Shown here one piece after another: positions 11,823 to 24,449 of a stretch of 38,951 bases of DNA. Under the pieces are notes generated by a model. It had not been told where the DNA came from, did no database searches, and worked only from the letters and a program-made list of their open reading frames with translations. The translations under genes were made by a program, and so were the position numbers. The first letter of the stretch is position 1, and each line of letters starts with the position of its first letter. The stretch spans positions 397,050 through 436,000 of the forward strand of contig JANJGN010000385.1 of assembly GCA_026770705.1 (NCBI GenBank), given 5' to 3'. The stretch is from Isurus oxyrinchus. Lineage: Eukaryota.

Positions 11823-12651
11823 ACTATGACACAGCCAAGGGTAAAGGCTGAGTTGTTCAAATCCCAGAGGGAAAATTGAAACAACTGTCATAACCCAATT
11901 TTGCTGATTGTAATTTCGAGATGAAGACTTTGAATTCAGTAGGAATAAGACCACCGAGGATTGTGGGTTTTTTATATAAAACTAAATAAACCATTTATTA
12001 ATTTAACAACAAATTTAACACATACACATTGGCTACAAATAACTACTATAAAAACTTTTTAACAAATCCCCCAATTAATCACCCCCACGTAAATCTCTAC
12101 TAAGGCAACAATGAACCATTGACATAATATAGACACCAGGCAAAGCACATTTGACATTACGAATTCTGAATGAGGTTCCTTTGCAAGTTGGTTGGAGGCT
12201 ACAGGCTGGTTAGGTCTGAAATGCTCCTGCCTCACACACACAAACTCCTTCCTTTATATAGCTAGCTTTCCCTTTGAATGTAAATTTTCCATTGTATCAC
12301 TCGGACTTCTGAACTCCAGCTCTTCGAACAATAAAACCCCATTTCATAGCACCAATTTCATTAGTAAGTTCAAGAAAAAACACATCTTTTGGCTCCTTCT
12401 AACTAGGTGCAAGATTTTACCCCCAGTCTGGAATGGTTTATTCAACAATTGCAAATGAACACTTTACTGTTCTCCTCACAATTCACCCAATTAACATCTC
12501 AAAACTACTAAACATCAAAGCACACAGACCAGCTGGCTTTAATCCAATTAAGACACACACAGACACACACCTATACATGGACCACCACTAGAATTCTATT
12601 TTAAATAATAATTTCCAAGCACATTTTACACACAAATATCTCTTCATGACA
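11823..12651 (-). mobile_element. Solo-LTR-like element nested inside the CR1
   Basis: Splits the CR1 RT motif VVY|LDFQKAFDK; ends TCATGACA; minus-strand TATATAAA (~12253-12260) lies upstream of minus-strand AATAAA (~11994-11999); homologous to 3370-4129. Confidence 0.6.
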
Positions 12652-13110
12652 TTGGATTTCCAAAAGGCATTCGATAAGGAGCCACATCAAAGGATACTGC
12701 ACAGGGTGAAATTGGTTGGTGTTGGAGGGGATATATTAATATGGATAGAGGACTGGCTAACTGACAGGAAACAGAGAGCCAGGATAAATGGGTGATTTTC
12801 AGCTTGGTAAACTGTAACTAGTGGAGAGCCACAGGGATCAGTGCTGAGGCCTCAACTATTCACTATCTACATTAGTGCCTTGGATGAAGAGACTGACTGT
12901 ACTGTAGGCAGATTTTCTGACTGCATGGTGAAGATAGGTAGGAAATATATAAAACAAAAACAGAATTACCTGGAAAAACTCAGCAGGTCTGGCAGCATCA
13001 GCGGAGTAGAAAAGAATTGAGGTTTCGAGTCCTCATGACCCTTCAACTGTGAGGAGGACACAAAGGGGCTGCAGAGGGAGAATAATAGTTTCAGTGAGGG
13101 GACAAAAAAA
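12652..13110 (+). mobile_element. CR1 RT fragment (continuation)
   Basis: LDFQKAFDK, PQGSVL, YISALDE remnants; a ~95-bp unrelated dispersed-repeat piece sits at ~12951-13047. Confidence 0.8.
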
Positions 13111-13199
13111 TGAGTGGTTGGAATGTAAGGAATGAAAATGTCAGGGTGTCCAGCTGATCCTATTTGTTCTGTTCTTATATTCTTATACAGACACAGGGT

Positions 13200-13384
13200 T
13201 TACTGACAGTGCACAGCTAAGTGCTGTTCACTCACTTTGTTCCAACTTCCTCATTTTGTCTCACAGAGACACATCAACCCTTTCTAATTAAATACACAGA
13301 GGGAGCAGCACAGGAAGAGGTCATTCAGCCCAAGCAGAGCGTGTGGGCAGTTCCTCCCCAGGCGAGCAGTCGGACAGGTCCTGG
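13200..13384 (+). promoter_or_regulatory. Putative TATA-less promoter and non-coding first exon (unit 1; repeated in every unit)
   Basis: PU.1/ETS-like ACTTCCTCATTTT at 13245-13257, further GGAA cores, consensus donor CTGG|GTAAGT at 13384/13385; region conserved in the next paralog at 38380 onward. Confidence 0.55.
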
Positions 13385-13834
13385 GTAAGTAACGGAACGA
13401 TTGGAATTCACTTCCACCACCAACACCGTCCTTTGTTGATGTTGTGACTTAATAAAGACAGATTCCAATGATTGATGCCTTTGAAAGATTTCTACTGATT
13501 ATTGAGATCTGGGTGTGAGGGTCAAGTCTGTTGTACAGAACATCTTTCTAGCTCAAGGGATGAGGGAAGTGGAGTGACATGAGATTTTGGATGCTCTGAG
13601 GTGGTGAAAGGTGCTATACAAATGCAAATCCTTCATTGTTTTTCTTCCTTAAAGCCTTGTAACTCTCTGCAGAGCACCTATCATCCCACCGTGAATCAAA
13701 TTAGTCAGTGAATACATTGTCTAAAAGGAGTTCTGATCTTTCGAGAGCTGTCGGACAAGAGGTGAGGTCTCATTAACTCCTTTCTCTTTCAGAGTTTGAC
13801 AGTGAGAAGTGAATGGAATATCTGGGCGTGGACG

Positions 13835-13874
13835 ATGATCGGGAAATCTTACTTCCTCCTGTCACTTCTCCAAG
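13835..13874 (+). CDS. Signal-peptide exon, unit 1 (MIGKSYFLLSLLQ, phase 1)
   Basis: Exon 13793-13874: tttctctttcag| ... ATG ... CAA G|gtaata; joins V exon 29290 in frame as MIGKSYFLLSLLQVGLSQEW. Confidence 0.75.
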
Positions 13875-15600
13875 GTAATATCATCGTCAGCTTGGACAGA
13901 TTTATGGTAAAGGGTCTTTGTAAAGATCATTCTTATTGAGCTGTGATTGGGAACTGATTCAGCAGTGAGCCAGTGTACAATCTCACACCAAGTCCCATTC
14001 ACCCATCACCCCTGTGCTCACTGATATACACTGACTCCCTGTCTGACAGCAGAATTGGAGAAGAATAGAGATCTCAGAGCGTTGTAGGGGCTGGAGACAG
14101 TTACACAATTAGGCAGGATTGTAGCAGCTAGAGCAGAATCTTAAACTTCAGGTGATGTCGGCTGTTGGTCAGTGATAGATGGGGAGTGATGGGTTGAGCA
14201 GAAAATCAGGGAAAGAACCTGGGGGATGAAATCTATCCAGGTGCTAGGATTCTGATAGCAATATCCTGAAATTTGTGTCTTTTGCTGATTTTGGTCAGAA
14301 TTTCCCATGAAGACAGCACAGCAGCTCCTAGAATAGACAGGCTGTTCAGTGTCACACTTCCTGTCCATTCTCACCATGCTAGATACTTCAATAAGGGAGC
14401 AAGATAACTGAAAGAGAGAAGGAAGGTAAAGCTGTCTGTGTGTAAAACTGTCAAATATTCTGAGTTATCATGAGTGTCTCTGATCTGCTGCAGATTTTAA
14501 ATTTCACAGAATCTGAGCACTTTGCAGCTCAGAGAGAGACCATTGACTCACTGCCTGAAAGGGCGGTGGAAGCAGATTCAACAGGAACTTTCAGAAGGGG
14601 AACTGGATAAATACTTGAAGGGGACATTTTGCAGGGCTGTGGAGGAGAGAGTAGAGCTGAGCGTGGGACGAATTGGGCAGATCTTTCAAAGCCTCAACTA
14701 TTCACAATCTACATTAGTGACTTGGATGAAGGGACTGACTGTACTGTCGGCAGATTTTCTGACTGTATGGTGAAGATAGGTAGCAAATATATAAGCTGTG
14801 CAGGAAAGCTGGTTGTGAGGAGGACACAAAGAGGCTGCAGAGGCAGATAAATAGTTTCAGTGAGTGGATAAAAAAATGAGTGGTTGGCATAGAAGGAATA
14901 AAAATGTCAGGGTGTCCAGCTGATCCTACTTGTTCTGTTCTTATATTCTTATACAGACACAGGGTTTACTGACAGTGCACAGCAAAGTGCTGTTCTCTCA
15001 CTTTGTACCAACTTCCTCATTTTGATAAACTGAGACACATCAGCTCTTTCTAATTAAATACACAGAGGGAGCAGCACAGGAAGAGGTCATTCAGCCCAAG
15101 CAGAGCGTGTGGGCAGTTCCTCCCCAGGCGAGCAGTCGGACAGGTCCTGGGTAAGTAACGGAACGATTGGAATTCACTTCCACCACCAACACTGTCCTTT
15201 GTTGATGTTGTGACTTTATAAAGACAGATTCCAATGATTGATGCCTTTGAAAGATTTCTACTGATTATTGAGATCTGGGTGTGAGGCTCAATTCTGTTGT
15301 ACAGAACATCTTTCTAGCTCAGGGGATGAGGGAATTGGAGTGACATGAGCTTTTGGATGCTCTGAGGTGGTGAAAGGTGCTATACAAATGCAAATCCTTC
15401 ATTGTTTTTCTTCCTTAAAGCCTTGTAACTCTCTGCAGAGCACCTATCATCCCACCGTGAATCAAATTAGTCTGTGAAGACATTGTCTAAAAGGAGTTCT
15501 GATCTTTCGAGAGCTGTCGGACAAGAGGTGAGGTCTCATTAACTCCTTTCTCATTCAGAGTTTGAGAGTGAGAAGTGAATGGAATATCTGGCAGTGGACA

Positions 15601-15640
15601 ATGATCGGGAAATCTTACTTCCTCCTGTCACTTCTCCAAG
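15601..15640 (+). CDS. Signal-peptide exon, unit 2 (MIGKSYFLLSLLQ)
   Basis: Intact ATG, frame and GT donor. Confidence 0.75.
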
Positions 15641-17359
15641 GTAATATCATCGTCAGCTTGGACAGATTTATGGTAAAGGGTCTTTGTAAAGATCAATCTT
15701 ATTGATCTCTGATTGGGAACTAATTCAGCAGTGAGCCAGTGTACAAACTCATACCAAGTCCCATTCACCCATCACCCCTGTGCTCACTGATATACACTGA
15801 CTCCCTGTCTGACAGCAGAATTGGAGAAGAATAGTGATCACAGAGGGTTGTAGGGGCTGGAGACGGTTACACAATTAGGCAGGATTGTAGCAGCTAGAGC
15901 AGAATCTTAAACTTCAGGTGATGTCGGCTGTTGGTCAGTGATAGATGGGGAGTGATGGGTTGAGCAGAAAATCAGGGAAAGAACCTGGGGGATGAAATCT
16001 ATCCAGGTACTAGGATTCTGATAGCAAAAACCTGAAATTTGTGTCTTTTGCTGATTTTAACCAGAATTTCCCATGAAGACAACACAGCAGCTCCTAGAAT
16101 AGACAGGCTGTTCAGTGTCACACTTCCTGTCCATTCTCACCTTGCTAGATACTTCAATAAGGGAGCAAGATAACTGAAAGAGAGAAGGAAGGTAAAGCTG
16201 TCTGTGTGTACAACTGTCAAATATTCTGAGTTATCATGAGTGTCTCTGACCTGCTGCAGAGTTTAAATTTCACAGAATCTGAGCACTTTGCAGCTCAGAG
16301 AGAGACCATTGACTCACTGCCTGAAAGGGCGGTGGAAGCAGATTCAACAGGAACTTTCAGAAGGGGAACTGGATAAATACTTGAAGGGGACATTTTGCAG
16401 GGCTTTGAAGGAGAGAGTAGAGCTGAGCGTGGGAATAATTAGACAGATCTTTCAAAGCATCAACTATTCACAATCTACATTAGTGACTTGGATGAAGGGA
16501 CTGACTGTACTGTCGGCAGATTTTCTGATTGTATGGTGAAGATAGGTAGCAAATATATAAGCTGTGCTGGAAAGCTGGTTGTGAGGAGGACACAAAGAGG
16601 CTGCAGAGGAAGATAAATAGTTTCAGTGAGTGGATAAAAAAATGAGTGGTTGGCATAGAAGGAATGAAAATATCAGGGTGTCCAGCTGATCCTACTTGTT
16701 CTGTTCTCATATTCTTATACAGACACAGGGTTTACTGACAGTGCACAGCAAAGTGCGGTTCACTCACTTTGTTCCAACTTCCTCTTTTAAACACACAGAC
16801 ACATCAACCCTTTCTGATTAAACACACAGAGGGAGCAGCACAGGAAGAGGTCATTCAGCCCAAGCAGAGCGTGTGGGCACTTCCTCCCCAGGCGAGCAGT
16901 TGGACAGGTCCTGGGTAAGTAACGGAACGATTGGAATTCACTTCCACGACCAACACCGTCCTTTGTTGATGTTGACTTTAAAAAGAGAGATTCCAATGAT
17001 TGATGCCTTTGAAAGATTTCTACTGTTTATTGAGATCTGGTGTGAGGCTCAAGTCTGTTGTACAGAACATCTTTCTAGCTCAAGGGATGAGGGAAGTGGA
17101 GTGACGAGATTTTGGATGCCCTGAGGTGGTGAAAGGTGCTATACAAATGCAAATCCTTCATTGTTTTTCTTCCTTAAAGCCTTGTAACTCTCTGCAGAGC
17201 ACCTATCATCCCACCGTGAATCAATTTAGTCAGTGAAGACATTGTCTAAAAGGAGTTCTGATCTTGCAAGAGCTGTCGGACAAGAGGTAAGGACTCATTA
17301 AATTCTTTCTCTTTCAGAGTTTGAGAGTGAGAAGTGAATGGAATATCTGGGAGTGGACA

Positions 17360-17399
17360 ATGATCGGGAAATCTTACTTCATCCTGTCACTTCTCCAAG
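17360..17399 (+). CDS. Signal-peptide exon, unit 3 (MIGKSYFILSLLQ)
   Basis: Intact ATG, frame and GT donor. Confidence 0.75.
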
Positions 17400-19126
17400 G
17401 TAATATCATCGTCAGCCTGGACAGATTGATGGTAAAGGGTCTTTGTAAAGATCATTCTTATTGAGCTGTGATTGGGAACTAATTTAGCAGTGAGCCAGTG
17501 TACAAACTCATACCAAGTCCCATTCACCCATCACCCCTGTGCTCACTGATATACACTGACTCCCTGTCTGACAGCAGAATTGGAGAAGAATAGAGATCTC
17601 AGAGGGTTGTAGGGGCTGGAGACGGTTACACAATTAGGCAGGATTGTAGCAGCTAGAGCAGAATCTTAAACTTCAGGTGATGTCGGCTGTTGGTCAGTGA
17701 GAGACGGGGAGTAATGGGTTGAGCAGAAAATCAGGGAAAAAAACAGGGGGATGACAGCTATCCTGATGCTAGGACACGGATAACAATGCGCTGTAATTTT
17801 GTGTCTATTGCTGATTTTAGTCAGAATTTCCCATGAAGACAACACAGCAGCTCCTAGAATAGACAGGTTGTTCAGTGTCACACTTCCTGTCCATTCTCAC
17901 CTTGCTAGAAACTTCAATAAGGGAGCAAGATAACTGAAAGAGAGAAGGGAGGTAAAGCTGTCTGTGTGTAAAACTGTCAAATATTCTGAGTTCTCATGAG
18001 TGTCTCTGATCTGCTGCAGAGTTTAAATTTCACAGAATCTGAGCACTTTGCAGCTCAGAGAGAGACCATTGACTCACTGCCTGAAAGGGCGGTGGAAGCA
18101 GATTCAACAGGAACTTTCAGAAGGGGAACTGGATAAATACTTGAAGGGTAAATTTTGCAGGGCTTTGGAGGAGAGAGCAGAGCTGAGCGTGGGAATAATT
18201 AGACAGATATTTCAAAGCATCAACTATTCACAATCTACATTAGTGACTTGGATGAAGGGACTGACTGTACTGTAGACAGATTTTCTGACTGTATGGTGAA
18301 GATAGGTAGGAAATATATAAGCTGTGCAGGAAAGCAAGTTGTGAGGAGGACACAAAGAGGCTGCAGAGGCAGATAAGTAGTTTCAGTGAGTGGATAAAAA
18401 AATGAGTGGCTGGCATGTAAGGAATGAAAATGTCAGGGTGTCCAGCTGATCCTATTTGTTCTGTTCTTATATTCTTATACAGACACAGGGTTTACTGACA
18501 GTGCACAGCAAAGTGCTGTTCTCTCACTTTGTACCAACTTCCTCATTTTGATAAACTGAGACACATCAGCTCTTTCTAATTAAATACACAGAGGGAGCAG
18601 CACAGGAAGAGGTCATTCAGCCCAAGCAGAGCGTGTGGGCAGTTCCTCCCCAGGCGAGCAGTTGGACAGGTCCTGGGTAAGTAACGGAACGATTGGAATT
18701 CACTTCCACCACCAACACCGTCCTTTGTTGATGTTGTGACTTAATAAAGACAGATTCCAATGATTGATGCCTTTGAAAGATTTCTACTGATTATTGAGAT
18801 CTGGGTGTGGGGATCAAGTCTGTTGTACAGAACATCTTTCTAGCTCAAGGGATGAGGGAAGTGGAGTGACATGAGATTTTGGATGCTCTGAGGTGGTGAA
18901 AGGTGCTATACAAATGCAAATCCTTCATTGTTTTTCTTCCTTAAAGCCTTGTAACTCTCTGCAGAGCACCTATCATCCCACCGTGAATCAAATTAGTCAG
19001 TGAATACATTGTCTAAAAGGAGTTCTGATCTTTCGAGAGCTGTCGGACAAGAGGTGAGGTCTCATTAACTCCTTTCTCTTTCAGAGTTTGAGAGTGAGAA
19101 GTGAATGGAATATCTGGCAGTGGACA

Positions 19127-19166
19127 ATGATCGGGAAATCTTACTTCATCCTGTCACTTCTCCAAG
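19127..19166 (+). CDS. Signal-peptide exon, unit 4 (MIGKSYFILSLLQ)
   Basis: Intact ATG, frame and GT donor. Confidence 0.75.
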
Positions 19167-20885
19167 GTAATATCATCGTCAGCTTGGACAGATTTATGGT
19201 AAAGGGTCTTTGTAAAGATCAATCTTATTGATCTCTGATTGGGAACTAATTCAGCAGTGAGCCAGTGTACAAACTCATACCAAGTCCCATTCACCCATCA
19301 CCCCTGTGCTCACTGATATACACTGACTCCCTGTCTGACAGCAGAATTGGAGAAGAATAGAGATCTCAGAGCGTTGTAGGGGCTGGAGACAGTTACACAA
19401 TTAGGCAGGATTGTAGCAGCTAGAGCAGAATCTTAAACTTCAGGTGATGTCGAGTGTTGGTCAGTGATAGATGGGGAGTGATGGGTTGAGCAGAAAATCA
19501 GGGAAAGAACCTGGGGGATGAAATCTATCCAGGTGCTAGGATTCTGATAGCAAAAACCTGAAATTTGTGTCTTTTGCTGATTTTAACCAGAATTTCCCAT
19601 GAAGACAACACAGCAGCTCCTCGAATAGACAGGCTGTTCAGTGTCACACTTCCTGTCCATTCTCACCTTGCTAGATACTTCAATAAGGGAGCAAGATAAC
19701 TGAAAGAGAGAAGAAAGGCAAAGCTGTCTGTGTGTAAAACTGTCAAATATTCTGAGTTATCCTGATTGATTCTGATCTGCTGCAGATTTTAAATTTCACA
19801 GAATCTGAGCACTTTGCAGCTCAGAGAGAGACCATTGACTCACTGCCTGAAAGGGCGGTGGAAGCAGATTCAACAGGAACTTTCAGAAGGGGAACTGGAT
19901 AAATACTTGAAGGGGACATTTTGCAGGGCTTTGAAGGAGAGAGTAGAGCTGAGCGTGGGAATAATTAGACAGATATTTCAAAGCATCAACTATTCACAAT
20001 CTACATTAGTGACTTGGATGAAGGGACTGACTGTACTGTAGGCAGATTTTCTGATTGTATGGTGAAGATAGGTAGCAAATATATAAGCTGTGCTGGAAAG
20101 CTGGTTGTGAGGAGGACACAAAGAGGCTGCAGAGGAAGATAAATAGTTTCAGTGAGTGGATAAAAAAATGAGTGGTTGGCATAGAAGGAATGAAAATATC
20201 AGGGTGTCCAGCTGATCCTACTTGTTCTGTTCTTATATTCTTATGCAGACACAGGGTTTACTGACAGTGCACAGCAAAGTGCGGTTCACTCACTTTGTTC
20301 CAACTTCCTCTTTTAAACACACAGACACATCAACCCTTTCTGATTAAACACACAGAGGGAGCAGCACAGGAAGAGGTCATTCAGCCCAAGCAGAGCGTGT
20401 GGGCACTTCCTCCCCAGGCGAGCAGTCGGACAGGAACTGGGTAAGTAACGGAACGATTGGAATTCACTTCCACGACCAACACCGTCCTTTGTTGATGTTG
20501 ACTTTATAAAGACAGATTCCAATGATTGATGCCTTTGAAAGATTTCTACTGTTTATTGAGATCTGGTGTGAGGCTCAAGTCTGTTGTACTGCACATCTTT
20601 CTAGCTCAAGGGATGAGTGAAGTGGAGTGACGAGATTTTGGATGCCCTGAGGTGGTGAAAGGTGCTATACAAATGCAAATCCTTCATTGTTTTTCTTCCT
20701 TAAAGACTTGTAACTCTCTGCAGAGCACCTATCATCCCACCGTGAATCAAATTAGTCAGTGAAGACATTGACTAAAAGGAGCTCTGATCTTGCAAGAGCT
20801 GTCGGACAAGAGGTGAGGACTCATTAACTCCTTTCTCTTTCAGAGTTTGAGAGTGAGAAGTGAATGGAATATCTGGGAGTGGACA

Positions 20886-20925
20886 ATGATCAGGAAATCT
20901 TACTTCATCCTGTCACTTCTCCAAG
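20886..20925 (+). CDS. Signal-peptide exon, unit 5 (MIRKSYFILSLLQ)
   Basis: Intact ATG, frame and GT donor. Confidence 0.75.
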
Positions 20926-22650
20926 GTAATATCATCGTCAGCTTGGACAGATTTATGGTAAAGGGTCTTTGTAAAGATCATTTTAATTGAGCTTTGATTG
21001 GGAACTAATTCAGCAGTGAGCCAGTGTACAAACTCACACCAAGTCCCATTCACCCATCACCCCTGTGCTCACTGATATACACTGACTCCCTGTCTGACAG
21101 CAGAATTGGAGGAGAATAGAGATCTCAGAGCGTTGTAGGGGCTGGAGACGGTTACACAATTAGGCAGGATTGTAGCAGCTAGAGCAGAATCTTAAACTTC
21201 AGGTGATGTCGGCTGTTGGTCAGTGATAGATGGGGAGTGATGGGTTGAGCAGAAAAACAGGGAAAAAAACAGGGGGATGACAGCTATCCTGATGCTAGGA
21301 CACGGATAACAATGCGCTGTAATTTTGTGTCTATTGCTGATTTTAGTCAGAATTTCCCATGAAGACAACACAGCAGCTCCTAGAATAGACAGGCTGTTCA
21401 GTGTCACACTTCCTGTCCATTCTCACCTTGCTAGATACTTCAATAAGGGAGCAAGATAACTGAAAGAGAGAAGGAAGGCAAAGCTGTCTGTGTGTAAAAC
21501 TGTCAAATATTCTGAGTTATCATGAGTGTCTCTGACCTGCTGCAGAGTTTAAATTTCACAGAATCTGAGCACTTTGCAGCTCAGAGAGAGACCATTGACT
21601 CACTGCCTGAAAGGGCGGTGGAAGCAGATTCAACAGGAACTTTCAGAAGGGGAACTGGATAAATACTTGAAGGGGACATTTTGCAGGGCTTTGGAGGAGA
21701 GAGTAGAGCTGAGCGTGGGAATAATTAGACAGATATTTCAAAGCCTCAACTATTCACAATCTACATTAGTGACTTGGATGAAGGGACTGACTGTACTGTC
21801 GGCAGATTTTCTGATTGTATGGTGAAGATAGGTAGCAAATATATAAGCTGTGCTGGAAAGCTGTTTGTGAGGAGGACACAAAGAGGCTGCAGAGGAAGAT
21901 AAATAGTTTCAGTGAGTGGATAAAAAAATGAGTGGTTGGCATAGAAGGAATGAAAATATCAGGGTGTCCAGCTGATCCTACTTGTTCTGTTCTTATATTC
22001 TTATACAGACACAGGGTTTACTGACAGTGCACAGCAAAGTGCGGTTCACTCACTTTGTTCCAACTTCTTATTTTAAACACACAGACACATCAACCCTTTC
22101 TGATTAAACACACAGAGGGAGCAGCACAGGAAGAGGTCATTCAGCCCAAGCAGAGCGTGTGGGCACTTCCTCCCCAGGCGAGCAGTCGGACAGGTCCTGG
22201 GTAAGTAACGGAACGATTGGAATTCACTTCCACGACCAACACCGTCCTTTGTTGATGTTGTGACTTAATAAAGACAGATTCCAATGATTGATGCCTTTGA
22301 AAGATTTCTACTGATTATTGAGATCTGGGTGTGGGGATCAAGTCTGTTGTACAGAACATCTTTCTAGCTCAAGGGATGAGGGAAGTGGAGTGACATGAGA
22401 TTTTGGATGCTCTGAGGTGGTGAAAGGTGCTATACAAATGCAAATCCTTCATTGTTTTTCTTCCTTAAAGCCTTGTAACTCTCTGCAGAGCACCTATCAT
22501 CCCACCGTGAATCAAATTAGTCAGTGAATACATTGTCTAAAAGGAGTTCTGATCTTTCGAGAGCTGTCGGACAAGAGGTAAGGTCTCATTAACTCCTTTC
22601 TCTTTCAGAGTTTGAGAGTGAGAAGTGAATGGAATATCTGGGAGTGGACA

Positions 22651-22690
22651 ATGATCGGGAAATCTTACTTCATCCTGTCACTTCTCCAAG
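22651..22690 (+). CDS. Signal-peptide exon, unit 6 (MIGKSYFILSLLQ)
   Basis: Intact ATG, frame and GT donor. Confidence 0.75.
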
Positions 22691-24409
22691 GTAATATCAT
22701 CGTCAGCTTGGACAGATTTATGGTAAAGGGTCTTTGTAAAGATCAATCTTATTGATCTCTGATTGGGAACTAATTCAGCAGTGAGCCAGTGTACAAACTC
22801 ATACCAAGTCCCATTCACCCATCACCCCTGTGCTCAATGATATACACTGACTCCCTGTCTGACAGCAGAATTGGAGGAGAATAGAGATCTCAGAGGGTTG
22901 TAGGGGCTGGAGACGGTTACTCAATTAGGCAGGATTGTAGCAGCTAGAGCAGAATCTTAAAGTTCAGGTGATGTTGAGTGTTGGTCAGTGATAGATGGGG
23001 AGTGATGGGTTGAGCAGAAAATCAGGGAAAGAACCTGGGGGATGAAATCTATCCAGGTACTAGGACTCTGATAGCAAAAACCTGAAATTTGTGTCTTTTG
23101 CTGATTTTAACCAGAATTTCCCATGAAGGCAACACAGCAGCTCCTCGAATAGACAGGCTGTTCAGTGTCACACTTCCTATCCATTCTCACCTTGCTAGAT
23201 ACTTCAATAAGGGAGCAAGATAACTGAAAGAGAGAAGGAAGGTAAAGCTGTCTGTGTGTAAAACTGTCAAATATTCTGAGTTATCATGAGTGTCTCTGAT
23301 CTGCTGCAGTTTTTAAATTTCACAGAATCTGAGCACTTTGCAGCTCAGAGAGAGACCATTGACTCACTGCCTGAAAGGCCGGTGGAAGCAGATTCAACAG
23401 GAACTTTCAGAAGGGGAACTGGATAAATACTTGAAGGGGACATTTTGCAGGGCTTTGAAGGAGAGAGCAGAGCTGAGCGTGGGAATAATTAGACAGATAT
23501 TTCAAAGCCTCAACTATTCACAATCTACATTAGTGACTTGGATGAAGGGACTGACTGTACTGTCGGCAGATTTTCTGATTGTATGGTGAAGATAGGTAGC
23601 AAATATATAAGCTGTGCTGGAAAGCTGGTTGTGAGGAGGACGCAAAGAGGCTGCAGAGGAAGATAAATAGTTTCAGTGAGTGGATAAAAAAATGAATGGT
23701 TGGCATAGAAGGAATGAAAATATCAGGGTGTCCAGCTGATCCTACTTGTTCTGTTCTCATATTCTTATACAGACACAGGGTTTACTGACAGTGCACAGCA
23801 AAGTGCGGTTCACTCACTTTGTTCCAACTTCCTCTTTTAAACACACAGACACATCAACCCTTTCTGATTAAATACACAGAGGGAGCAGCACAGGAAGAGG
23901 TCATTCAGCCCAAGCAGAGCGTGTGGGCACTTCCTCCCCAGGCGAGCAGTCGGACAGGTCCTGGGTAAGTAACGGAACGATTGGAATTCACTTCCACGAC
24001 CAACACCGTCCTTTGTTGATGTTGACTTTAAAAAGACAGATTCCAATGATTGATGCCTTTGAAAGATTTCTACTGTTTATTGAGATCTGGTGTGAGGCTC
24101 AAGTCTGTTGTACAGAACATCTTTCTAGCTCAAGGGATGAGGGAAGTGGAGTGACGAGATTTTGGATGCCCTGAGGTGGTGAAAGGTGCTATACAAATGC
24201 AAATCCTTCATTGTTTTTCTTCCTTAAAGCCTTGTAACTCTCTGCAGAGCACCTATCATCCCACCGTGAATCAAATTAGTCAGTGAAGACATTGTCTAAA
24301 AGGAGTTCTGATCTTTCGAGAGCTGTCGGACAAGAGGTGAGGTCTCATTATCTCCTTTCTCTTTCAGAGTTTGACAGTGAGAAGTGAATGTAATATCTGG
24401 GAGTGGACA

Positions 24410-24449
24410 ATGATCAGGAAATCTTACTTCATCCTGTCACTTCTCCAAG
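24410..24449 (+). CDS. Signal-peptide exon, unit 7 (MIRKSYFILSLLQ)
   Basis: Intact ATG, frame and GT donor. Confidence 0.75.

Noticed and set aside
13762-13792. Donor-like GAG|GTGAGG (GTAAGG in units 3 and 6) before the leader acceptor
   Set aside because: The implied 31-nt intron is too short for vertebrate splicing; use with a distant acceptor cannot be excluded
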